64,000 bases of DNA, from the NCBI GenBank assembly GCA_000002435.2, contig CM018789.1; one strand, given 5' to 3'. A model generated the notes under the pieces. The model had not been told where the DNA came from, made no database searches, and saw only the letters and a list, made by a program, of their open reading frames with translations. Of the stretch, positions 17,896 through 27,991 are shown in pieces. A program made the translations under genes and the position numbers. The DNA comes from Giardia intestinalis (taxonomy: Eukaryota). Numbering within the stretch: the stretch's first letter is position 1; each line of letters starts with the position of its first letter.

Positions 17896-20800
17896 TTACT
17901 TACGGATCTTCATAGCGGGTATATTAGCATCGTAGTCCAGAGCATGGGTCAAGTTCCTGTGTCTGTTGTACATTTGTTTAAAGTTGTAGCGCCTATTTCT
18001 CGGAGATCCACGTGGGGTATGATCCGTATTTCTGCTCATCAATGCATTCCCAATTAGTGCCAACAGCAGGAATGCCCGTATCTTACGCAACGTCTTTCGT
18101 GTTTTGGTGTCAAGCTTCAAGGTGCGAAGAATTTGATCTCGCTGGACAAAGGCGTCCTGTACTTCTACGTCCTCAGTTTCATCCACAAACTCGTCAAGGC
18201 TTCGTCTTTCTTCTCTGGCGCCTATAGCTGCGCTCAATCGCTCAGTGACATGTCTTGATCTGCTTATGGACCCACGTCTCGAACGTGGAAATAGGGGGTC
18301 CTGGTCTGAGAGAACTGATGTTTCTCTCCGCGTATCGGTGTAGTCAGAGTATTGGGCATCAATGCTTCCTCTTATCTGCATATCCAATGATAGCCTGTTC
18401 ATGGAGTCTATCGAGGCCCTGGTAGCAGAGCTCCGGCGCTCAAGTATCGAATTAAGGCGATGTTTGCGTTGATCCGGCGTCAAGGCCCGCATTCTATCTG
18501 CGACACTTGACGATTGAGACACCGAAGTGCTTTCTGTCATCCTATTTGCGAGGTTTTTTTGTGCAATGAGCATTCCGTTGATATTCTTTGTTTTGGAGTC
18601 CAGCGACGAGATTCTCACGGGGTAAAGACTACTCTCACCAGCTTGTCCCAGTGGTGATGAGCTCTGCTCAATGATGGATAGACGCATACTCTCAGGGGGT
18701 TCATGTGGTACACCCTTGGTTCCGGGAGACGGCAGTGGAGGCGTCAGGGCCGCCTTAGCTACTCGAGAGGCTGCAGGAGACGAACCAGGGGTACTGCTGA
18801 GACTGAAGGTCGAGGGAAGAAGTAGTTCCTGTGCTGCTGTGTGTGCCACTCGCATTTCTAGTGAGTGTCGTGGCTGAGAGATAACATTATTGTTCACCAT
18901 TTCCTCGAGTAGCGATGTATTTTTCTTTCGTGATATTTTTGTGTTAGTATTCGTGCCTGAAGTACTGAAAATATTCAAGGTGGGGATTCGCACACCCTTC
19001 TTTTGTTGTTGAGATAAGGACGCCGTGGTTCCTATAGGGGTCTTTGGATTGGCTTTGGCTAGTACAGTGATTGGTTGCTGACTCACGATGCTGGCAGTAG
19101 ACTCTTCAGAATCTATGTTCTTATTAGGCACTGGAGACATGGGTATTTGCTGATGGGGCCGCGTAAGTGAGGCTTTCCGTTGATGCGCCCCCGCTTCTTT
19201 TGGGACTTTTTGTTGTTTGGTGGTAGGCCGCTTTTTAGATGTCTTTGCAGTCCGCTTTGTCCTTTCTCCCTCTCGATGAACCTGAGTATTTTTCCCTTGC
19301 TGTTGCTTGACCGAGGGTCGCTTTTGAATGGAGCTGATGGTACGCTTAACAAGACTATCTGCGCTTTTTGATTGTTGTGTCAGCTGCCTACCTTGGGTTA
19401 ACGACTCCATGCTTGATGGAGTAGGAGTCAAGAGAAGGGTATCCATGGACTTTGATGAAACTATTTGGAAGCCTTCTGTGCTGCTATCGCTATTGTCTTC
19501 AGGCTTTTCGCAAACAGGTGTATCATCATCGACGATTTTATCACTCTGGAGAGGCTCAGGTTGTACATCGTGAGATTGCTGAGACGAAATATTAGATTGA
19601 CTCTGGTATTCTGTAACATGTGATGGAGGACCAGGCTGGACTGAATAGTATTTTTCTGCTGCTGTCTTAATATGTTGGGCAGCATAGTTAAATGCCAAGA
19701 GCTCGGGATCTAAGTTATCTGCTGCACTGGATCTTAATTGGAAGGCATCATCTAGAGGGTTTCCACTGCACCCGGCAATAGTGGAAAGGAGCATCTGAGA
19801 CGCGCCCATTTGAGAGTCAGGCTCATCCGTGGCATACTTGGCTGGACTAGACTTTCTCTTGGGCGATTCAAAGGCTCTTGCTAGTGAATCTGCAAACGCC
19901 TCTGTCCTTCCCCTTTTAGTAACGTAAGTCATGGATGCAGGGGATCTAATCCTGTTGGCATTAACGTCAAAGCATTGGGGTGTCATTTGCGAGGTAGCGC
20001 CTGCTTTAACACCTCTCTCGGCTTTGGAGGTGAAAGTATTGCTCGACGAACGGTGATACGGCTTGCTGCGTATAGGAGACAACGCCTTAGCACTCTCTGC
20101 AACTACCGCGTTCTGAAATATAGCATTCGCGTTCCCATCGTTGATGAACGAGACAACATCGTGGTTAGTTATATTATTAACAATGTGGTCCAGCTGGTCG
20201 AGCCGACGCACCGGATTGCACACCAGTGCACGATCCTCGCTGGCCATTTCTTGTGCAGCGTAATAATCGCAGTATTCTCCGTGCTGAGACAGGTCGCGCC
20301 GAACCTCCTCTTTAGCCTCGACCAGGTGCCCAATGAGGGACCTGTTTATTTCTACGTGGTCAAGCACGGCCTTCTGTGCCATATTTTGGTGTAGATTGAT
20401 CAGCTGCTTGTTTGAAGACGCAGCTGAACGTAGCGGAACACGAGAGGCGTATGTATTATAAAGCTGAACGGAAGTGCGGGAAGGAGAACCCTCGGAGCTT
20501 TGCTTTGTGTTGTAATCATAGAGTCTGGACTGGTGCCTGATTTTGTAAGGCAATGCTGTCTGGATGTTTCGTGCTGCCGCATTAGGAGACCAGACAATCG
20601 CTCCACCGATTTCTTCAGGCGGAAAGATCCGCTGGAACGCATCGATACACGGCTCGGAACGCCCGACCCGCTGGACTATACTGGCAGATGCACGCTGCAA
20701 CGCCTTAGGAGTGAGGGCCCCGTTGTCGAGGCATTGCTTTGTGCGCTCTAGCTGCTTGTGAGCAACAGTTAATGCTGCAAGGGTTTTCTCGGCCGTGCTC

Positions 20801-20967
20801 TTGGAGTTCACCGTGATGTTGTGGGACGTGTGGATCAGTTGGTTGGAGCGGTTCAACAGGCCTTTTGTGGCGATAACCACCTCATTGATGGCCTGATTCC
20901 TCTCACCGATAGCTGACTGGTGCCTGTTCCCCCACGCCTTGGCGGAAGAATAGGACCCCAGTTTCAT
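17896..20967 (-). CDS. hypothetical Ser/Thr/Pro-rich basic protein, 1023 aa
   Basis: Uninterrupted 3-kb ORF with a verified ATG. Low-complexity S/T/P/K-rich middle section. No identifiable domain. Confidence 0.5.
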   Translation of the reverse strand: MKLGSYSSAKAWGNRHQSAIGERNQAINEVVIATKGLLNRSNQLIHTSHNITVNSKSTAEKTLAALTVAHKQLERTKQCLDNGALTPKALQRASASIVQRVGRSEPCIDAFQRIFPPEEIGGAIVWSPNAAARNIQTALPYKIRHQSRLYDYNTKQSSEGSPSRTSVQLYNTYASRVPLRSAASSNKQLINLHQNMAQKAVLDHVEINRSLIGHLVEAKEEVRRDLSQHGEYCDYYAAQEMASEDRALVCNPVRRLDQLDHIVNNITNHDVVSFINDGNANAIFQNAVVAESAKALSPIRSKPYHRSSSNTFTSKAERGVKAGATSQMTPQCFDVNANRIRSPASMTYVTKRGRTEAFADSLARAFESPKRKSSPAKYATDEPDSQMGASQMLLSTIAGCSGNPLDDAFQLRSSAADNLDPELLAFNYAAQHIKTAAEKYYSVQPGPPSHVTEYQSQSNISSQQSHDVQPEPLQSDKIVDDDTPVCEKPEDNSDSSTEGFQIVSSKSMDTLLLTPTPSSMESLTQGRQLTQQSKSADSLVKRTISSIQKRPSVKQQQGKNTQVHREGERTKRTAKTSKKRPTTKQQKVPKEAGAHQRKASLTRPHQQIPMSPVPNKNIDSEESTASIVSQQPITVLAKANPKTPIGTTASLSQQQKKGVRIPTLNIFSTSGTNTNTKISRKKNTSLLEEMVNNNVISQPRHSLEMRVAHTAAQELLLPSTFSLSSTPGSSPAASRVAKAALTPPLPSPGTKGVPHEPPESMRLSIIEQSSSPLGQAGESSLYPVRISSLDSKTKNINGMLIAQKNLANRMTESTSVSQSSSVADRMRALTPDQRKHRLNSILERRSSATRASIDSMNRLSLDMQIRGSIDAQYSDYTDTRRETSVLSDQDPLFPRSRRGSISRSRHVTERLSAAIGAREERRSLDEFVDETEDVEVQDAFVQRDQILRTLKLDTKTRKTLRKIRAFLLLALIGNALMSRNTDHTPRGSPRNRRYNFKQMYNRHRNLTHALDYDANIPAMKIRK

Positions 20968-20978
20968 TAGAAAAATAA

Positions 20979-21884
20979 ATGGAACCCACCGTTAAGAAAT
21001 GCACCTCTTGCACTTGCGAACCCGTCTCTGCGCCTGCGCATGAGCAACAGAAGCTTTTGGAAAACACATCTGCACCCTCAGCCTCTGCTACATTTAAGGC
21101 AGTTTCCAAGCGCCTTGTTAGAAACGTAGGCAGAGCCATCTCCACCTACAAACTTATTGAACAGGGCGATCGTGTTGCACTGGCCCTCTCGGGAGGAAAG
21201 GACAGCTGGACACTTCTCCACGTCCTCCTTGATATAGCAAAACGCTCCCCAGTTAAGTTCACTGTTATCCCTGTGACGGTGGAGACAGGATATCCAGGGT
21301 TTGAAGCCAATGTCGCAAAGCTCACGAAGTACATTGAGGAGAACCTCGGCATAAAGCACGTGGTCATAAAGGAGACCTTCCCGGAGATAATCGACGGGAA
21401 CTTACGCCAAGGAACAAGCAACTGCTCGTTCTGCGCCCGCTTACGAAGAGGAACCCTCTACACGCATTGCCAAAAACTGGGGATTAATAAGCTCGCCCTA
21501 GGTCACCATAGGGAGGACGTTAACGAGTCACTTTTGATGTCTCTTTTCTTCAACGGAAAACTCTGGACGCAAGGCCCGATAATTCATAACTCAGAGAAGA
21601 ACGTTACGCTAATTCGCCCCATGGTATTCTGCGCAGAAGAGGACACTATTGCATATGCGCGCCATAGTACGTTTCCAATAGTTACATGCAACTGTCCCCA
21701 CGAGGGAAACAAAGAACATCGGCGGTACAAGATCAAGCAGACGATTCTTACCATGCGCCAGTGGATTCCAGATATCCAGCGCAGCATCTTGACGGGGGCC
21801 ACAGAGCTATTCCAATTCATGCAATATACAGACAAGGGCAAGGAGCGAAATAACAGAGCAGAGGACGATGGTGAGCTAATGTAA
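20979..21884 (+). CDS. PP-loop ATPase, TtcA-family tRNA thiolation enzyme (tRNA 2-thiocytidine synthetase-like)
   Basis: SGGKDS PP-loop ([18 protein letters not shown]), [51 protein letters not shown] and [12 protein letters not shown] blocks. These align one-to-one with the E. coli TtcA blocks [63 protein letters not shown] and FPIIPCNLCG. Confidence 0.8.
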   Translation: [301 protein letters not shown]

Positions 21885-24800
21885 ACTGCAAGCATGCGCT
21901 CTGTCGGTGAGTAAAGGAGTAACAGGGGCTATCTCCTTTGTATCAATCTGATAAAGGGTCAGTTTCTTAGTTATGGTTTCCTTAGTTGCAGTCAGAGGAC
22001 GCGATAGAAGCTTCTCGTAGTTTAGTTGTGCAGGAGTGAAGGGGTGCAGACGAGGTGCAGTGCACTGGGCGTATCCTCGGTAGACGCGGCCCACATCTCT
22101 GTCTATGATGGCTTCTTTGTAGAATCTGCGGCAGGCTTTCCGATTAGAGACCGTCTTATCCCCAGCAACCGCTCGTTGTCGAGGGCCCCTATCATGTTTA
22201 TCTGGTGGAGGATTTGGTGGAAGCTTTTCTAAGGTATTAGTGATACGTTTATCAGAATCGTGCATGAGACCTCGTACTAGAGCCCCATTGGCATCACCGT
22301 CGTGCTCAGCAAAAACGTTTGTTGGTGCCTCTTGCAAAGATACTGGGTCTAGATTCTGACACCCGTGTGGATCTTCAAATAATTGTTTGCAACCATCACT
22401 GACAGGAATATTCAGCGTGGCCTCGTCATCCTTTGCTTCCCTTGTGACTTCGTCGCCAGTCTGTAGCACCGTTACGGGCTCAACAAGATGATTGTGAACT
22501 GTCGGTCTATCAGTACTAGTAAGACATCCATGGTCATCTAGAATTACTTGGGAACTACCAGTATCTATCCTCGAAGCAGTTCTAGCAGAAACGGGGGGTC
22601 TGGCTGGTTCCTTGGAACGGGTACAGGATGGAGCGCAAGAAAGTGGACGGGATATGCCAAAGCTCGCGCAGCGCTGCCTGTTAAGCCCCTCCTTGAGAAG
22701 TTTGGTCAGGTGCGAATCGTAGGCTGTGGTATTTAATGCCGCACTTTTAGCAGCATGATTGCGTTGCGGAGGAGCCCGAAGTTTCGGGGTGTAGGCCTGG
22801 AGGTACGCGATGTAGTCCAGCATCATGTTAGAGTGCGGACAAGAAGGCAGTGCAGTCTCGCTCCTGCGAAGATTAGGTAACGGGGTTGTTAATAGTCTAT
22901 TTGGAGTGACATCCAGAGCTTGCTTCGATATGCCGATCATTGGATTATGCGTTGGTGTGCTTATCACAACCTCTGTAAGATTCTGCGCTAGTGACAAATG
23001 CGGCCCTTCATGTTGAGCTTCTTCAAAACGGTCAGTCGGGAGCGATTCTTCCAAAGGAGAAGAAGATGGGGTGTAGAAAAACGCTTTGACAGCCTTAAGG
23101 TTTCTGTCGGCTTCAATTGTGGCATCCTGTGGGCTGGTAATCTCATTAGTTAGCTCTCTGAAATCAGGGGGTTCAAATCCGTCAGGGGCGCTGGAATCTG
23201 TGTCGGGGTGAAGTCCTCGTACCTTATGTATTACAGTATCCCCATCCGAGTACTTAATTCGTTTGTACAGCTCCATGTTCAGGCCTCGCTTCACCCTATC
23301 GATTCCATATATTCGTCTGATCTCGGCATCCTTTCGGAGATCGTTAAACAACTTTGTAACGCAATTTTTCTGATCAGGAGTCACTAGACGCTGCGCATAT
23401 GGAGATAATGCAGAGTCATGAGAGGTGTTGTGAAAGATCTGCTTTATGTCTTTCACGTCCTCTTCTGTGAGCGCATTAGTGCGCGCAGAAACGGCGTTGC
23501 ACATTGTAGAAATTTGGTTCTCCTTGGTGGGGATCTTCATCGGCGCGTATACACTCCGCACGATTCGTGATGAAGCATGTGGCGTTTGGCACTCAATGCG
23601 AGTATCAACCGGTGAAGTACCACTCAGATCCTCAGGAAAAATTCGAATATCACTCGGGACGTATGGAGAAGGGATATCCTTCACACTTCGAATGATGTTC
23701 TCTCTCTCAATGGTCATTGGAGTGTTGTATAGTAGCCTTAGATGTGCAGGAGAATGCAGTGGCAGCATTCCAAAAGCAGGCGCAGTACGTGGCCTAAAAG
23801 AAAGTAGATCAGGGCGCAGAGGCTCAGTGCGAGACACATAAGCAGAGGCAGACCTCAGCTTGTAACAGCGTAGCTTAGGAAGATCCGAGCTTCGCCTTGA
23901 TACAGTGGACGAAGCGGCCTTATTACGTAACCGTTGCAACTCTGTCTTTGTACCAGATGCCGATGCTTTTATGAATGCTCGCAGCTGTGGCGGATAGCGG
24001 GATATACCCAAATTGATTGGAGGTGGCGGTTTTGAAGGCACAACGGCCCCACAAGCATCTGTTTGAGAAGCTACATGTTGGAACTCACTAGGCATAGGGA
24101 CACGGAGAACTGAAGGTGCTGGTAAATCTGTAGGCATCGGCTGCGCAGCATTGTGAAAGGGAATCGGTTCAATGGCCACTAGTGAATGAACAATAAGACC
24201 AGCAAGTTTAGTTAGGTCAGGCATCCAATAGTAATTTTGTGCTCCTCGCTCCTGAAGCCTGGACGCCTTTGAACCTACCTGCAGCTGTGTCTGGGAACAA
24301 AGGGCAGGAGGGCTAGATAGAGTAAACCGCTTTGGAATGCGGCCTCGGAATGAGGGGTTGGGCCGTATGTGAGTAAAGCTAGACTGTAGAAAAGCTCTAG
24401 GCTGGTGCATCTTTTCCTCCTGAGAAGGGCTGGAAAGGCCATGCTGCGAGGTAAGCAACTTAGATGGCGGAATACTGGGTTTTATGGCAAGAGGCGGAGA
24501 CACGCACACGTATGACGTCCTCGAGCTTTTCTGGTCAATGTGCATAGGTGGTGGGGTAGCAGTTGGCACTCGGGAAACTACAGGCGAGATGGGAGCATCG
24601 TAGGAGGGCCGTGCATCGATAGGTCGATCTGTGAAATGGTAAGATGTGTCTGACGATGTATCTGTTGGTAGATCCGTTGTCAATAGCGGGAGTGAGATCG
24701 ATGACAGATGAACAGATTCAGAGTTCTCGCGAGACTGTGAAGCCGTATCCTCAGAAGTATAGTACTGCAGTGGGTGGATAACAAAAGAATCATTTCCAGA

Positions 24801-25940
24801 CTCTGGAAGTAGCCTCCTTTCGAAGGAAAGGATATTTCCACAAATAGTCTCACTCTGCGTTGGATTAGATTGAGAAAACGCATCTTCAAGGTCCTTCACC
24901 TGGGGAGACAAGTGAGACCCGCACTTATCTGACGAAGTATATTGTGGCATATTGGCACAGGGGCTTCCCGCTTGCGAATTATTCTCCTCGCAACAACTGG
25001 GAGAGGCAGTGCCAGGAAGCATAGATGCATGTTCCACTTTAGTTGGCTGCTTAAAGGATTGAGACTTCTTGCCCTCAGCAGTCACGAAAGGTTCATGAGA
25101 AAACTCTGCTTCCGTGCCCTGGCCAGGGTCTGGCCAAGAATTAGCTGTGTCAGTATGCATTTCTTCTTGTGACTCGAGTACGTCATGCATATTCTGCGAG
25201 CCCAAGCTGCCAGCTATGACCAACGGCTGCTTAAGTTGTAACGCAAAAGCGCCTTCTTGTTCCACGCCAGTAGTTGCATGGAGCATGCTCCTCATAGATC
25301 TCTCTGTTCTTTTGACAAGGTTAACATTCTTCAGGGTGTAAAGAGCATTCTTGTGGGCCTCTCGATTACGAGCCTCCTTGTGATGAAAACGGGAACTCTT
25401 TGGTTGCGGAGTTATGGTTGAGACTTCTTGCTTCGAGCCATCTGTCGACTTTTCGCAAATCTCGGGAGGCTTATTGGCATGTGTCAAAATGGGTGGGGGA
25501 TGTCCCAAAGTCGCCTGACGAACCGGCTCAGCCACAGAAAGCATGCCCCCTCTCCGCTTTTCCCTCCACTGACTAACGGAGTGTAAAACATTGTACTTGG
25601 TTGTGCTGTAGCCCTCATTACAGTACATCACGCGAGGTAACGTGACTGTCCGCCGAGAGTGGTTAGAGATCAAAACGCGGGGCTTCCTTGTGTCCATGTT
25701 CTTGTCATCCGAATAGATGTGTTCATTGAGGACTATTTGGGAGGGCATGACATAGCGTTTCTGGCCACTGGTTCGGAGCCCAAGAAGATCTATGGAGTCA
25801 TCGCCCTTAACAGGCCGCAACCTTAGAAGCTGCTCTCTTTCTGGCTCAGTATGGACGACGATGCCTGTGTCTCTAGCGGAAAAGCTTCTATTGGGTCGCT
25901 CTGAAAGTGGCCTCTTGCGTTCTGCCCTTCTGATAATCAT
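21876..25940 (-). CDS. hypothetical protein (~1354 aa from first ATG; 1401 aa if the GTG at 26081 is used)
   Basis: 4.2-kb uninterrupted ORF. The track start is GTG; the first in-frame ATG is at 25940. S/P-rich, no recognised domain. Overlaps the TtcA 3' end by 9 bp. Confidence 0.5.
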   Translation of the reverse strand: MIIRRAERKRPLSERPNRSFSARDTGIVVHTEPEREQLLRLRPVKGDDSIDLLGLRTSGQKRYVMPSQIVLNEHIYSDDKNMDTRKPRVLISNHSRRTVTLPRVMYCNEGYSTTKYNVLHSVSQWREKRRGGMLSVAEPVRQATLGHPPPILTHANKPPEICEKSTDGSKQEVSTITPQPKSSRFHHKEARNREAHKNALYTLKNVNLVKRTERSMRSMLHATTGVEQEGAFALQLKQPLVIAGSLGSQNMHDVLESQEEMHTDTANSWPDPGQGTEAEFSHEPFVTAEGKKSQSFKQPTKVEHASMLPGTASPSCCEENNSQAGSPCANMPQYTSSDKCGSHLSPQVKDLEDAFSQSNPTQSETICGNILSFERRLLPESGNDSFVIHPLQYYTSEDTASQSRENSESVHLSSISLPLLTTDLPTDTSSDTSYHFTDRPIDARPSYDAPISPVVSRVPTATPPPMHIDQKSSRTSYVCVSPPLAIKPSIPPSKLLTSQHGLSSPSQEEKMHQPRAFLQSSFTHIRPNPSFRGRIPKRFTLSSPPALCSQTQLQVGSKASRLQERGAQNYYWMPDLTKLAGLIVHSLVAIEPIPFHNAAQPMPTDLPAPSVLRVPMPSEFQHVASQTDACGAVVPSKPPPPINLGISRYPPQLRAFIKASASGTKTELQRLRNKAASSTVSRRSSDLPKLRCYKLRSASAYVSRTEPLRPDLLSFRPRTAPAFGMLPLHSPAHLRLLYNTPMTIERENIIRSVKDIPSPYVPSDIRIFPEDLSGTSPVDTRIECQTPHASSRIVRSVYAPMKIPTKENQISTMCNAVSARTNALTEEDVKDIKQIFHNTSHDSALSPYAQRLVTPDQKNCVTKLFNDLRKDAEIRRIYGIDRVKRGLNMELYKRIKYSDGDTVIHKVRGLHPDTDSSAPDGFEPPDFRELTNEITSPQDATIEADRNLKAVKAFFYTPSSSPLEESLPTDRFEEAQHEGPHLSLAQNLTEVVISTPTHNPMIGISKQALDVTPNRLLTTPLPNLRRSETALPSCPHSNMMLDYIAYLQAYTPKLRAPPQRNHAAKSAALNTTAYDSHLTKLLKEGLNRQRCASFGISRPLSCAPSCTRSKEPARPPVSARTASRIDTGSSQVILDDHGCLTSTDRPTVHNHLVEPVTVLQTGDEVTREAKDDEATLNIPVSDGCKQLFEDPHGCQNLDPVSLQEAPTNVFAEHDGDANGALVRGLMHDSDKRITNTLEKLPPNPPPDKHDRGPRQRAVAGDKTVSNRKACRRFYKEAIIDRDVGRVYRGYAQCTAPRLHPFTPAQLNYEKLLSRPLTATKETITKKLTLYQIDTKEIAPVTPLLTDRAHACSLH

Positions 25941-26332
25941 GGACGCCGTGTATGGGCATAGCAATGGCTCAGACGGCCTCCCTGAAAAGCTAGATGATTC
26001 ACAAAGGGCCGCTTTAGACAGAGAAGAGACAGGGCGGTCTGGATTTGTTTTTGTTCTGGGCAGACTTACTGTCCGATGCACATGCTATCGGCCTCTACAT
26101 GTCTCAATGACAGAGTTTAGAGACCTACAAAAGAGTCTTCTAGACGGTGGTGAGGGGAAGAAACTCTTGCAAATGCAACCCACAAGTGGCCGTGAAAGCA
26201 GAGAGGCACCCTCATTATAATCCCATCACAAGCGCGGAGTTAGCGCATCACCCCTGTGCCCAGCTGACAGCAGATAGCGCGCACAAACCCTGCCTAAAAA
26301 CAGTAACAGTTTATTCACGATACAGCCCAACA

Positions 26333-26590
26333 TCATTGGGCATCCTCCGGAATGTTTCCGTCATGAGGGCGCCTGAACATCAGAATATTTGGTTCTGGCT
26401 TATGGTAATCATAGTGCACCCAGCCTTGCGACATCTGAATGCCTAGGCCTCGCCACTCCTGCTCCGACAACAAGTGGTCAAAGTTATATTTTTTCACCAT
26501 CTCTTCTGGCATGATAACGTGTCGGTACTCGTATACGTCGTCGTAGTACTTGCGCGAGTAATAAAAACCGTTGTGAGCCGTACCTGACAT
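26333..26590 (-). CDS. CKS1: cyclin-dependent kinase regulatory subunit (Cks1/Suc1)
   Basis: GFYYSRKYYDDVYEYRHVIMP...LSEQEWRGLGIQMSQGWVHYDYHKPEPNILMFRRP matches the Cks signature YSDKYxDDxxEYRHVxLP...SExEWRxLGVQQSxGWxHY...EPHILLFRRP. ATG verified. Confidence 0.85.
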   Translation of the reverse strand: MSGTAHNGFYYSRKYYDDVYEYRHVIMPEEMVKKYNFDHLLSEQEWRGLGIQMSQGWVHYDYHKPEPNILMFRRPHDGNIPEDAQ

Positions 26591-26624
26591 TTGATTTTTG
26601 ACCTTCAGAATTTCTGTGGAGAAA

Positions 26625-27977
26625 CTAGTGGAACAAGGCTGTATATGCGCTCAAGGAAGGCGATTTCTTGTCATAGAGGCATGCTATGGCTCGTTTCCAC
26701 TGAGAAGTCTCCTCGATAAAGGCTGCATTCTGACCCTCATCTAACCCACTATTTTCACTAGCCTCTTCGCTTTCTTCGCTTTCCTGATTAGACTTTTTGA
26801 CTGCTAGTAGCTCATCTATTTTACTGATGAGTCTGTCTGCGCGTTCCTTGTACTCTGCAAGATATTGTCCTGTGGGGAGGTTCTTAGATCCGTGATCAGA
26901 GTATCTCATGTGGGCCAGAATTAGGATTGCTTTTCTGATGCTTGCTACCAGCTCCCGTGAAGGTCTAACTGCTGATTGCGGTAGATCCACGATTGCGTCC
27001 ACGATAAGCATTATCTTCTTATTAACTCCTGCCCTACTCAGCTCTGTTGTAAAGGAGTCGCTGAGTCTATCATTGCTCTTAAAAAGGGAACATATGTATG
27101 TGAAGACGGTGGCGTACGGTTGGAGAACAAACGGCTCCTCTTCCGGAATTGAAAGTAAGATAGACAAGGCATCACAGAAGAGGTTCATCTTAATTATGTT
27201 TTTGTAATTCTCATACAGGACAGCAAGGTAGGCGATGATGTCTCCTGCTCTTCTCATCCGCTCGGTGTCACTCATGATTCTGGTCAGCGAGATAACGAAC
27301 GGCTTAAGAAACAAGTCTGATGCCAGCAGGGCGATGCAGCATCTTTGAGGATCGGATGGAGACAGGGAAGAGAAAAGTATGCTGGGCTGCAGGATGGCTG
27401 TGTACGAAAAGAGGCTCCGCAGCTGCTCGATTGTTTGAAGTGTGAAAGGTGTCTGAATCGCGAATGTCAAAATCACATAGATGTCATGGTAGCTTGTGAA
27501 CTCTCTCTGCTTGCGGACGTTTAGGATTTTTGTGAGCAAGTCGACGGGGTTCTTGGATATTTCGGCGCAGGTAGGAGCCTTTGTCTGATTGGTCAGTTCG
27601 AAGAAATTCCCGTTATAGAAATCGCTCAGCTGTGCAGTGTCCTTTGGAAGCGCTACCCTGGGCAGAGAAAAGAGGTACTGCTCCAAAGCCGTTTTGATCT
27701 CAGGGGATATGTTGCTGAGCCAGGAAATAGGGAAGCGGGGGGCATAGCCTGCCATTACCGACTGCTTCGTCAGTTTGCGCTTCTTCTTTGGCGCAGATTC
27801 CTCGTTGGTAGGGTCTGCGGTGTTCTGCTCAAGGAAGGACTGTTTGCCGCGTGGCTCTAAAAATAAGGTGCCGTTCACGTCGTAGCCACTCACCAATATG
27901 GTTTTCTGCCAGAGGGGCGCGCCATCATGAACGTAGCCGGCGGGAAGCTCAGCGGGTGGAAAGTAAAGGGCCTGCAT
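26625..27977 (-). CDS. hypothetical protein (~450 aa from ATG 27977; the track ORF extends to a GTG at 28163)
   Basis: Long ORF. The first ATG on the minus strand is at 27977, 14 bp from the ATG of the divergent nucleotidyltransferase gene. Contains a KKKRK basic patch. No domain assigned. Confidence 0.45.
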   Translation of the reverse strand: MQALYFPPAELPAGYVHDGAPLWQKTILVSGYDVNGTLFLEPRGKQSFLEQNTADPTNEESAPKKKRKLTKQSVMAGYAPRFPISWLSNISPEIKTALEQYLFSLPRVALPKDTAQLSDFYNGNFFELTNQTKAPTCAEISKNPVDLLTKILNVRKQREFTSYHDIYVILTFAIQTPFTLQTIEQLRSLFSYTAILQPSILFSSLSPSDPQRCCIALLASDLFLKPFVISLTRIMSDTERMRRAGDIIAYLAVLYENYKNIIKMNLFCDALSILLSIPEEEPFVLQPYATVFTYICSLFKSNDRLSDSFTTELSRAGVNKKIMLIVDAIVDLPQSAVRPSRELVASIRKAILILAHMRYSDHGSKNLPTGQYLAEYKERADRLISKIDELLAVKKSNQESEESEEASENSGLDEGQNAAFIEETSQWKRAIACLYDKKSPSLSAYTALFH

Positions 27978-27991
27978 GCTGTAAAATACTA
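27978..27991. promoter_or_regulatory. putative AT-rich bidirectional initiator region between divergent ATGs
   Basis: The 14 bp gctgtaaaatacta lie between ATG 27977 (minus strand) and ATG 27992 (plus strand). Giardia promoters are short AT-rich elements next to the start codon. This is inferred only. Confidence 0.25.
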
